Assembly (NCBI RefSeq): GCF_006345805.1
Contig: NC_043003.1
Location: 40,796,001-40,860,000, forward strand
Source: Octopus sinensis
Lineage: Eukaryota
DNA: 64,000 bases
Reading direction: 5' to 3'
In this document: positions 52,862 through 64,000 of the stretch, piece by piece
Position numbering within the stretch: position 1 is the stretch's first letter
Layout of the letters: each line of letters starts with the position of its first letter
Translations under genes and position numbers: made by a program
The notes under the pieces: generated by a model
What the model saw: only the letters and a program-made list of their open reading frames with translations
Database searches by the model: none
What the model was told of the DNA's origin: nothing

Positions 52862-54267
52862 GCGGTTGTGTGCATGTGTCTGTGAGCATATATAAGATTG
52901 GTTATATATCATATTCCATTTTAATACCTCTGGTAGTTTTGGTAGTGAGTATGTTATTTGCTGCTCTATCTCGTGTTCGGAGAATGCTTGTCCCTTTCGG
53001 AAGACACTCTTTGGAGTACAAACTCGATTCGATCCGAGTTTAGTTTCGAATGAAACGACACAAATTGGTCATAGGACCACTGTTTCAATCCTCAACGTCA
53101 ATGAAGGTACTTCTGAATGTCAAAAAGTTTTTCCTGAAGTGGAAATACTACAACGATTGTCATTTTCGCGTTCAAGTACGCTGAAAAGTATTAAGCATGA
53201 CTATGTACGTCATCATGTTGATTCTCACTTTTCTATGGGCACATGACACACGCGCGCGCATAGATAGATAGATAGGTAGGTAAATAGATAGATAGATAGA
53301 TAGATAGATAGACAGATAGAGAGATATGGCAGGTCTATGGGGATATCCTAGGGTTCAGGTCCATAAAGCGTTTAGTTTTACATCGTTTCTTCAGGCCCTA
53401 AAGTCCGCTGGACTACCAGAGGTGTTAAGACGGAATATCATATGTAAGCCAACTTATATATGTACACAGACACATGCACCCGTATATATATATATATATA
53501 TATATATTAAGATTGTTTGTTTACAATTAGCTTTTTCATATTTAATCTTTTAATATATTTACAAGTAATAATGAATAATTAATTTATTAGGTCTTTATTA
53601 TACGTGCATATATATTTAATGATAGAGAAAATTTTAGATCTTAATTCTTATATATATATACATTTATATATATTCATTGATAATTTAGTTATTATTCAAA
53701 TATTATATAATTATTTGACTTGAAATTAACTTTAATAATATGAATAGTGATGTTTTTTTGTTAAATATTTAGGTAATTAGATATTGACTATAACTGAGAT
53801 TAGATTATTTGTGGGTTTATTAGGTTTTTTTAAAGCCATAGTATTTCTGAATAGATAAATACATTTTCTATCTATTCTTACCTTAAAAAGTAATACTTAA
53901 ACATTAATATTTAACATTATAATCGATTGTATGACATAATCCTAATCGTTAAAGTTTCTAGTCTGAAAATAAGTTTTTATAAGAAAAATTATTATTTCAT
54001 TTATTTCTTTAAAAATATTGTTTAAATATATTTGATTATTTATTTAAATATTATCATTAACTTGAAGATTGACTATAACCATAATTCGAATTATTAATTG
54101 AATTTAAATTATTGTTATTCGAATTAGTTTATGGGCATGAAACGATCGTAGTTGTTTTACATTTTATTTTATATTAAACTTTTTAATACTTCTTGATAGT
54201 TATATATATTTATTAAAAAAAAAATATTAAATACATAATTAAAAAAATAAAAATAATAAAAATAAAG

Positions 54268-54269
<2 letters not shown>

Positions 54270-54310
<41 letters not shown>

Positions 54311-54491
54311 TTATAGTATAAATTAATATTTAAAAAAAAAATTTAATTTTAACTTAAATTTAATTAATTTAAATTTTGAATTTTATATTTTATATAATTT
54401 GTATATTATATTATTTTATTTCTAAGTTTTGGTTTATGTTTTTCACTGTTTGATTTACCTAATAGTGGTTTTCTCTCATTTAATATAAATA

Positions 54492-54558
<67 letters not shown>

Positions 54559-54602
54559 TATCTATAATATTGTATGTAGATATAATATTATATATATATA
54601 TA

Positions 54603-54647
<45 letters not shown>

Positions 54648-54746
54648 GTTATATATATATTATATATATATACCAGGTGGTGCTATTAAGTTAGACATGG
54701 CCGAAACCTATCAAAGTATCAAAGTATATATAATAATACATTTATA

Positions 54747-54786
<40 letters not shown>

Positions 54787-54893
54787 TACATGGATATGTA
54801 TATATATATAATATATATATATATATGTGTGTGTCTGTATAAACACATACATATATATATATATATATATATTTTGTTTGTGCTTTCTTGTTT

Positions 54894-54943
<50 letters not shown>

Positions 54944-54960
54944 TAATGACCCGTCTGTGT
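54270..54960. repeat. (TA)n-rich tracts
   Basis: Directly visible. Confidence 0.9.
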
Positions 54961-55056
54961 TTTTTTGTATCGTCTATCTGGATGTTTTGTTGTCGCTTTT
55001 CTTATCACCTAGTTGTCCAGATGTTTTGCGTTCTTGTCCCATTTTGTATTTTATAT

Positions 55057-55445
55057 AGTGGCTGTGTGGTAAGTAGCTTGTTTACCAACCACATGGTTCT
55101 GGGTTCAGTCCCACTGCGTGGCACCTTGGGTAAGTGTCTTCTACTATAGCCTCGGGCCAACCAAAGTCTTGTGAGTGGATTTGGTAGACGGAAACTGAAA
55201 GAAGCCCGTCGTATATATGTATATATATATGCGTGTGTGTGTTTGTGTGTCTGTGTTTGTCCACCTAGCATTGCTTGACAACCGATGCTGGTGTATTTAT
55301 GTACCCGTTACTTAGCGGTTCGGCAAAAGAGGCCTATAGAATAAGTACTGGGCTTACAAAAGAATAAGTACCGGGGTCGAGTTGTTCGATTAAAGGCGGT
55401 GCTCCAGCATGGCCGCAGTCAAATGACTGAAACAAGTAAAAGAGT
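55057..55445 (+). mobile_element. SINE family B, near full length (least diverged copy)
   Basis: gtggctgtgtggtaagtagc, ggttcagtccc B-box-like, 3' end gactgaaacaagtaaaagag. Confidence 0.93.
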
Positions 55446-55451
55446 AATTAT

Positions 55452-55485
<34 letters not shown>

Positions 55486-56037
55486 ATATATATACACACA
55501 CATACACACACCACACACACATATATATATATATATAAATTTATATCCTGACTGACCACTTATCCTGACTGGCTAGTGGTCAGTCAGGATAAATTTATAG
55601 AAGGAATGAGGAGGTGAGGGTGAGAGAGAGAGAGAGAGAGAAAGATATGAGTGTGTAAAGAGATGAGAGGGTGAAGAGTAAAGGAGTGTCAGCTATGTAG
55701 TGAAAGAGTCTAAGTGAAGCGCAGAGAGATGGAGTAGCGGTAGGAAAATGGTAGAATGAAGAATTTGGGAATATAGGTTAGGTTCCTTAGAGGACAGGTC
55801 AGTGCTTAATAGTAGAAGAATATATATATATATACATGAAGATGTATACACATGCATATATTAAACATGTATATATACATTTACACACATCAACTCATAC
55901 ATAATCCGTGTCTATATAAAATATCTATATGTCGAATCACATATACTCCCATATACCCGCTTGCATTCCTATAAATGCATACACATACATGCACAACACG
56001 CGTATACACGCATATACATATACGCGTTTCTATACAT

Positions 56038-56127
<90 letters not shown>

Positions 56128-56134
56128 CATACAT

Positions 56135-56430
56135 GTGGAGGCGCAATGGCCCAGTGGTTAGGGAAGCGGACTCGTGGTTGTAGGATCCCGGTTTCGATTC
56201 CCAGACCGGGCGTTGAGTGTTTATTGAGCGAAAACACCTTAAGCTCCAAGAGGCTCCGGCAGGGTGTTGGTGGCGCCCCCAGCTGTACTCTTTCGCCACA
56301 ACTTTCTTTGGCCTGCTCGCTTAGCCAGCGGGTGGCGTCATTTGAAGGCTAAAACAATGCGAAGCGCATTGTGACCAGTGATGTGCAGCAACATCTGATA
56401 GCCTGGTCGGTCACGGTGATCACGGCGATA
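56135..56430 (+). mobile_element. tRNA-derived SINE, family F
   Basis: TGGCCCAGTGG A-box and GGTTTCGATTCC B-box, non-tRNA 3' body, (CATA)n tail. Confidence 0.85.
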
Positions 56431-56850
56431 TATACATACATACACACCTACATACGTATACAGACTTGAACATAATGCATACAAACGCATACATACACAC
56501 ACATACATATATATACATACACATATACATACATAAACATACATAACACATACACGTACAACACATACTTATATGTATATGTATAAACGCACACTCATAT
56601 ATACGTGTATCTATCTGTATGTGCTATCATTCCTGCACACACAGGTATATGCTACCTAGCATAGTACATACATACATACATATATACGTACATACATACA
56701 TAGATACACACATACATACATACATACATGCAAACATACATACATACATACATACATACATACATACATACATACATACATACATACATACATACATACA
56801 TACATGAAAATATACATACATACATATATACATACATATGTAGTATATGT
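56430..56850. repeat. (CATA)n tracts
   Basis: Directly visible. Confidence 0.9.
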
Positions 56851-57223
56851 ATACAAATATAATTAAATGATTCAAGTATGAAAGAGGAATTAGATAAGGA
56901 TTAGGAGTTAACATGTAGATTTATAAGGTTATTGGGATTACCTAAGGAGTATTGTGGAAATATACTATATGGTCGTTTAAAAAAGCGGTTGTTCCGTGTG
57001 CTTAGTGCCTCATTATGTATATTTAGCAATCATGGAGAGTTATGCTCTAATATGTGAACACCTTCAGGAAAAGCCTGCAGGTTGAACGTTGACCTCGGCA
57101 GGGAAGCCCTGAATCCAAGGGAGACAGAGAAAGGCAGAATGCCACTTATATTTGAACACTATACAAATATTCCTTTAAAAAAACTTTTCTTTTAATTTTT
57201 CTAAATTTAATTATTTAATCGTT

Positions 57224-57263
57224 ACAGTTGAAAAGGTCTCAAAAAGACCGAAACCGGTACTGA
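57224..57263 (+). ncRNA. Degenerate minimal type I hammerhead ribozyme motif
   Basis: cag-TTGAAAA-GGTCT-caaaa-AGACC-GAAA-CCGG-TA-ctg: all three stems present, two core changes relative to CTGAAGA. Confidence 0.55.
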
Positions 57264-57309
57264 AATGTTCTTTCTAAAATTATTTTAGCATTTTCTATCT
57301 TGACTTGTT

Positions 57310-57860
57310 TTTTCATATATATATATATATATACTTATATTTCTGGTATATCGAAGAATCAATAGTCACAACCTTCAATCATAGCTGTGTGACCACTCCC
57401 GTTATCTCTAAATCTCCTGCAAATGAACCTCCTCATCTATCACTTCCTATCAATTCCATCCTTTCTCTATACGCCTGGTTATCCAGCTAACCACATCAAA
57501 CCTATCTCAATCTTCATCCTTCTCCCACCCGTATAGTATTACTGTTGCACGTGTTTAAATCTATACATATATAGTAACGGGTGTGTTTCTTTTCCATCAT
57601 GTTCACACCCTGCCTAACGATAATTTTCATCACCATGTTAACAATCATCTTCTTCCCAGTAACCTGATCCACCATTTTATCGACACCTGCGATGAGCTAA
57701 CTCCTATCGCCGCCACCCAAGTAACATATCCTTAGGTCTGTATTGACATTTCTATCCTGCATTTCAGTTCAACCATCGATTCACTACTCACACCAATGCC
57801 ACCATCGCTGTCGTCAGCTTTATCGTCCATGGTTATGGTCCTCAACATTACAGATTTAGT
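57310..57860 (-). mobile_element. Possible highly degraded LINE APE-endonuclease region
   Basis: Purine-rich minus strand with weak LIAGVDKMVDQV and FAGDL-like motifs and many stops. Confidence 0.3.
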
Positions 57861-59026
57861 ACTTTAATAAACTTAGGCTAATGGATTTACGCAAATTTTG
57901 GAATATTTTAAAATGAGTACGTTATGAGAAGGAAAGACACGCATATTCTACTCATTGCAGTAGCTTTACCTGCTATCAGTGGAATGGTGGTAACACACTT
58001 TAGTACCGTATTTATGGTGTAATAGACGCATGGGCTCACAAGACGGCCACAGAGGCAGCAGCTCAAATTCAGATAAATCATTTTTAATGCATCAATGTGT
58101 ATGAGAAGTCCAACTTCGCATATAAGATCCGGGAGGATTTTGTTTAGAACATTTGTTTGGAAAGAAGTTTATTTTGTATACTATCAAGGAGGGTATTCTC
58201 TGTTGTAATGCTTTTTCATGGTAGAAATACGTTGGGAAGGAAAAGGCTTGCTAAGACTCCAAGAAATATACGTGTAATTGCATATTTTACGTAGTCTTTG
58301 GTACCATTTTCGAAACTTACTTCGAAATTATTTCTGAACATTTTCGGCTTAACAATTTCCCAATGAGCTTGAACAGGCCTTTCGAAAGTTCTTTTTTTAT
58401 GCAGCTTACGCAACATAATGCAAATCTTTTGAAAATCTCTCATCTTTTAACAATTCCTGAAGTGTGGGCCTAAAAAAGCAATAAATTACGAACCCTGAAC
58501 TTGGATATGCGGATCTATATATGAAACTAAACACAGTTCCTTGGAGATCAGATTGCCTGGAATGTTAGATCAGAAGAGTCTTCATATTTTTTTCGTAGTT
58601 TTATATGAACCCCTCATTACCTGAAACAAAATAATATTCGCAGGTGTATTTGTTACTGAAACCTTAGTACTCTGCGAGAGAGGTCTCATTGCGGAGAGTA
58701 GATTAGGATATTTAATTAAACCATTTGATTCTTTTCATAATGAAACTATTCTTTGTTATAAAGAAGTGATAATTTTGGTAGAAACATGATGTTTAGGTTC
58801 TTTCCAAATTTACGGAATGACAAATAGCGCATAAAACGAAAGTCTCAAGTGTGATTCTTGTCTTCTACTATGCAGCATAAGTAAAATTCATTGTAACTTT
58901 ACTGTGACAATAAAGTGAGATCATTGCATATACAATAGAAGGAAGTGAAATGATGGATCCTTCCATTGCATATCAAAGCATCTACATGACTACAACAGGC
59001 GCGTAAAATCAACAAGGAGTAACATA

Positions 59027-60447
59027 TACTGGCCAAAATAAGTTTAAGACCGTACCAAGATTATGAAAATTAATAAACCAAACGGGTGGTCACTTGGCTA
59101 GTCGTACTGCACTGTTTTGTTTAATAATCGAGCATTGTTACACATTAATTCGCTGTGGGAAAGCGTCGTAGCATCAGCCCAGTTACTAGATCAAACATCA
59201 TTTTGCTTCATCAGCAAAATGTGTCCTTCACGAACATTAGTAAGCAATTAGGTTGCAGCAAAACGGTTTGTGTTCAAGAATGGAGGCTTTACCAAGCTAC
59301 CTTCCAATACAATGTTCGGAAAAGAACAGGCACTCCGAGAAAAAAAAACAACACAGATGGATCGGCGAATTCATGGGCTCTCTGAAGGTAACCGAATGCT
59401 AACAGCAGTGGACATTTTCAAGCAATTATCTGATGAAGCTGACATCAGATTTACACCACAAACTGTCAGAAACCGCCTAAATGAATTTGGACTGTTAGGG
59501 CAGATTGCTCAGAAGAAACCGATAATGTCTGAGACGAACCGGTGGAAACGGATCAAATTTGTTAAAAGCCATATTGAACGGAGGGCCAAAGACTGATCAA
59601 AAGTTCTTTGGAGCGACGAATTCCACTTCTGCATCCTTGGATCAAACGGAAAGACTTATGTTAGACCCAGTGCAACTGAAGAATTCCATCCTAAGTGTGT
59701 CGAGAAAACAGCGAAAGCGGGAGGTGAGGATAATGGTGTGGGTCGCGTTCAGCAACTTAGGTATTGGTACAGTTGCTAAGGTTGATGGAAGACTGAACAG
59801 TGTAGGCTAACTGCAATTAATAAATGAAAATGTGCTGGTATATTTACATAATCAGAGGTCACCAGGATCTATTTTCCTGTTGGACAATTGCTCCATTCAT
59901 AAGGCTTGGAAAGTTTTGCAATATTTTGAGCGCAATAATATGCTGGCTATTGGGTGGTCTCTGCAGAGAACGGATTGGAATCCGATAGAAAATTTCTGGA
60001 ATTGTTTCTAAAATAATTCATACCAAAAAAACAAATTTGTCCCAATTATATAATTTTATTAAAGAAATACGACAGAACATTCCAAGTGATTTTTATGCTC
60101 ATTTATCGAACTCCATGTCCCGCCGCTAAGGCCGTAACTGAAAATAATGGCTATGGAACTAGGTACTAATAATAAATTTTTGTTCGTTTATCATTTGTAC
60201 TGTAACTTTCCAATTAAAATAATATTGATAAGATCTTAAACTTATTTTGCCGACAATTTTTAATCATTTCAATTAATTACACATTAAAACTCTCCAAATT
60301 GTAGAAAGATATATAACATCTATATCATTTGAAAGAGAAAAAAATTCTACTTAAGCAAAAAAGTAAAATAATTTTATAGTTTTGTTAAAAAAAATAAAGG
60401 AAGAAATAGAACTGTCATCATTGGTCTTAAACTATTTTTGACCAGTG
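59027..60447 (+). mobile_element. Tc1 (DD34E) transposon, full length, disrupted transposase 59155-about 60160
   Basis: TIRs tactggccaaaataagtttaagacc and reverse complement cactggtcaaaaatagtttaagacc, with TA flanks. WSDE, FLLDNCSIH (D 59883) and DWNPIENFW (E 59988) give 34 residues between D and E. Confidence 0.95.
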
Positions 60448-60641
60448 TATATTACCTGTTAACACTGTTACATTTACAAGCAGACTCAGCTGGAGTGGCC
60501 ATTCCCCGCGCACACACTGTCACCGCGCTTATTCCCGAAAAAATTGTAAACATGCTTCAAACTGTAGATTTTTCAACACCCCCAAAACATCCTCCCAGCT
60601 TTATCAGCACTTTTACCGCAAAATTATATTGTATGGTAATT

Positions 60642-61210
60642 GTATGTATGTATGTATGTATGTATGTATGTATGTATGTATGTATGTATGTATGTATGCA
60701 TGTATGCATGTATGCATGCATGCGTGTATGTATGTATGCATGTATGTATGTATGTATGTATGTATATATGTATGTATGTATATACTATGCCAGTATTCAG
60801 TCTTATTTCAAGATGTCTTGCTAATATAGAAAGAGCCGGCTTCTGACATAGATCCTAAGCTCTTTCACTGGAATTTCAACAACATCAACAGTGTGTTTGC
60901 GTATGTATTTACGTATACTTGCAGATTTCTATGTTTTGTTTCATGTATGTCTTCTCACGCATATACTTGCATATCTAGAAATGCTCATCTATACTTAAAT
61001 GATAAACTGCTGGAAGGTTTTACAGATTTTTACAGCTCCAGTGATGGATTAGAGGCGTAATCTTTGAATCAGCTTTCATGTATGTATGTATGTATGTATG
61101 TATGTATGTATGTATGTATGTATGTATGTATGTATGTATGTATTTATGTATGTATGTATGTATGTATGTATGTATGTACGTACGTACGTACGTACGTATG
61201 TATTTATGTA
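60642..61210. repeat. Two (TATG)n arrays (60642-60782, 61078-61210)
   Basis: Directly visible. Confidence 0.95.
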
Positions 61211-61768
61211 TCTATGTATGCATATGTGTGTATCTGTGTCTGAGTATGTTGGCGTGGAAAAAACAAACATACCTTTGGGTTTGTGTAATACTTTTTACCT
61301 AAGAAATTCCCTTATTTCAGATTTTCATTTAAGGCAAGGATCTCTCTCGGACACTTGTTTGTCGGAATCCTTCCCTCTCATATCCTCTTATTTTCTCTCG
61401 ATCTTCCTAACATCTTTTTCTATTACTTGTGCTCAGTATCATGGTATTATTTTTACATCAACAGTAACAGCCTCTTTATGAGAGCATCAGAAATTTTTGG
61501 CATCATAAGCTACAATGAAACATTTTATTTCAAGCTTCATCCCATCCTGAGGAAAAAGACCACATGAGATCCAGTTTCATAGCAAGAACATATTGTAATA
61601 TACTGGTTTGTATGCGACCTTATCACCGCGTCACGGTACTCATTAGAATAAGTACCAGTGTAAATCAATACACAGATCGATTTCGTCTTCATAACGCTTC
61701 GAAGCGATATCAGACATCAAATGATAGAAAAAATTAGAAGAATAAAAAACAAAAATTCATGTACATAC

Positions 61769-61932
61769 GCTCAGGCGTGGTTGTGTGGTTGAGAAGCTTG
61801 CGTCCTAAAATGTGGTCTTGGGTTTCAGTCCTACCGCACGAAAAATTCCGCAAGTGTCTTCCACTATGGAGCAGGGCTGACCAAACTTTGTGAGTAGATT
61901 TGGTAGATGGAAACTATGTAGAAACCCGTCGC

Positions 61933-61963
<31 letters not shown>

Positions 61964-61965
61964 AT

Positions 61966-62042
<77 letters not shown>

Positions 62043-62060
62043 TTGTGTGTGTGTATGTGT
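61769..62060 (+). mobile_element. SINE family B, degraded 5' half with expanded (TA)/(TG)
   Basis: ggcgtggttgtgtggttgagaagcttgc...ttgtgagtagatttggtagatggaaact. Confidence 0.8.
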
Positions 62061-62544
62061 GTGTGTGTGTGTGTGAGTGTGTGCGTGTATGTATGTGTGC
62101 GTTTAACTATGCATGAATTTTTGTTACCCACCACTGCTCGGTAGCCGTTGTAAGAGTTTCTTTATTTTTTTTTACGAGTTCATCAGAAATTGATTTTGTC
62201 TTAAGCAACAATGAAACTTTTCGTTTCGAGCCTCATCCCAGCCTGACGAAAGAACCCACATGGGACCCAGTTTCATAGCAAGACTAAAAAAATTACGGAT
62301 ATGAATCTGTGTAATTTTATATCTAATAATGATCCGTGTTGGTGTTGGTTATTGAGAACAAAGGCTACTGTTACAAGAAGATTCAGATTTGTTCAGTCAG
62401 CTGTGCAGTTTGCTCCACAGGGATCCGATAGTGACACAGTTGTAAAGGAAGTGGCATAAGTTACCGTGCAAGATGATTGGTCAGTTAGCAAAGTAACGTG
62501 GTTAGAGAAAAAAACTAAGATTATAATAGAGCCGAATACTATCT

Positions 62545-62886
62545 TCATCATCATCACCACAATCAGCACCACTACCATCATCATCACAACCACCACTATC
62601 ATCATCATCATCGTCGTCATCATCATCATCATCATCATGACCACCACCACCACCACCAGCACCCTCCTCCTCCTCCTCCTCATCATCATCATCATAACCA
62701 ACATCATCATTTTCTCTTTTATTTTCTATTTTTTCTTCTTATCCTCCTCTTCTTCGTTTCATCATCACCCTGCTCCTACAGTTACTCCTCCTCCTTCTCC
62801 TCCACCCCACCTCATAGTTGTTGTTGTGGTTGATATTGTTGCTGTTGTTATTGTTGTTCTTCTCCTTCTTCTTCTTCTTCTTCTTT

Positions 62887-62918
<32 letters not shown>

Positions 62919-62989
62919 TTCTTCATCTTCATCTTCATCTTCATCTTCTTCTTCTTCTTCTTTTTCTTCTTCTTCTTCTTCTTCTTCTT

Positions 62990-63020
<31 letters not shown>

Positions 63021-63154
63021 TTCGCTCCGTCTTCCTATAGGTTATAGATTATAATAAATAATACAAAATGACGATGACGATTAAAGAATAACCGCAATAT
63101 CGAATGGCAATGAGTCACAAATATCATCATCATCATCGTCATCATCATTATCGC

Positions 63155-63188
<34 letters not shown>

Positions 63189-63468
63189 GTCGTCGTCATC
63201 ATCATCACCATCATCATCATCATAAGCACCACTAGAGAATCTTCACCACAAATACCAACACCACCGCCACCACTACCACCATCTTCACCACCACCTTCTT
63301 CATCATCATCCTCATCATCATCATCGCCACCATCATCATTGCTATAATTATTATTGCTGTTGTTATTCGCTATCATCAATATCATTGCTATAATTATTGT
63401 TGTTATTATTAACATAACCATAATTGTTGTTTTCTCTGTTGTTGTTGTTGTTGTTATTATTATTATTA

Positions 63469-63499
<31 letters not shown>

Positions 63500-63510
63500 C
63501 ATTATCAATA

Positions 63511-63572
<62 letters not shown>

Positions 63573-63640
63573 GTTGTTATTATTATTATTATATTGTTGT
63601 TGTTATCATGATTATTATTATTATAATCATTAGTATTATC
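62545..63640. repeat. About 1.1-kb mosaic trinucleotide array (ATC/ACC/CTC/CTT/GTT/ATT)
   Basis: Directly visible; source of the homopolymeric ORFs at 62393-63673. Confidence 0.95.
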
Positions 63641-63854
63641 AAAACTCTGCAGCCTGTTTAAACAAAACAACACGCCGGAAGCGAAGCAATATTAAATCAG
63701 TATAAATCGGCTATGAAGCTGCATTACAAAAAGTGAAGTGAGTAAAATCTAATAGCAATGTTGATAAATGTGGTTGGAAGAATATATTTTCAAATCATCA
63801 TGATGAATTTGTCGATTGTAAACATTTTGGCAACGAGAACACTCACGATATCGC

Positions 63855-63964
63855 GCATATATATATATATATATATATTTGTACACACACATGCACATGT
63901 ATGCTAGAGTGTGGGTGTATGTATATATAATAATTATGTATGTACATATATATATATATATATA

Positions 63965-64000
<36 letters not shown>
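63855..64000. repeat. (TA)n microsatellite
   Basis: Directly visible. Confidence 0.9.

Noticed and set aside
56135-56210. tRNA gene-like sequence (also the heads of the other SINEs)
   Set aside because: A and B boxes are present, but there is no complete cloverleaf and it continues into a SINE body.
57970-58061. 92-nt minus-strand exon phase-compatible with 60502-60456
   Set aside because: The acceptor is GAG with no pyrimidine tract, so it is likely chance.

Overview
This is AT-rich eukaryotic DNA with very dense microsatellites and many degraded transposable elements. The SINE families and repeat landscape look like an Octopus (coleoid cephalopod) genome; that assignment is inferred from recall, not from a database hit. 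No protein-coding gene could be identified by homology. Almost all long ORFs in the supplied track are artefacts of (TA)n, (TG)n, (TATG)n, (TCTA)n and trinucleotide arrays. Well-supported elements: a mariner fossil with TIRs (6285-7647, -), a maT/rosa-type Tc1/mariner remnant (8425-9314, +), a Chapaev3-like transposon (about 10535-13135, +), a DD34E Tc1 (59027-60447, +), two Dong/R4-clade non-LTR fragments next to (AAT)n arrays (16781-18156 and 47721-48625), an old RTE LINE (46630-47530, -) and more than 20 tRNA-derived SINE copies. Leads worth testing: a speculative four-exon minus-strand gene encoding a 47-aa signal/pro/RR/Cys-loop peptide precursor (45328-34889); five dispersed minimal hammerhead-ribozyme-like motifs; a structured 557-bp element between triplet arrays; a triplicated unit carrying an ATG micro-exon-like motif; a recursive-splice-site-like motif; an about 17% GC non-repetitive island; and two long decayed reading frames of unknown origin. 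Coordinates were read by hand and the ends of degraded repeats are approximate.
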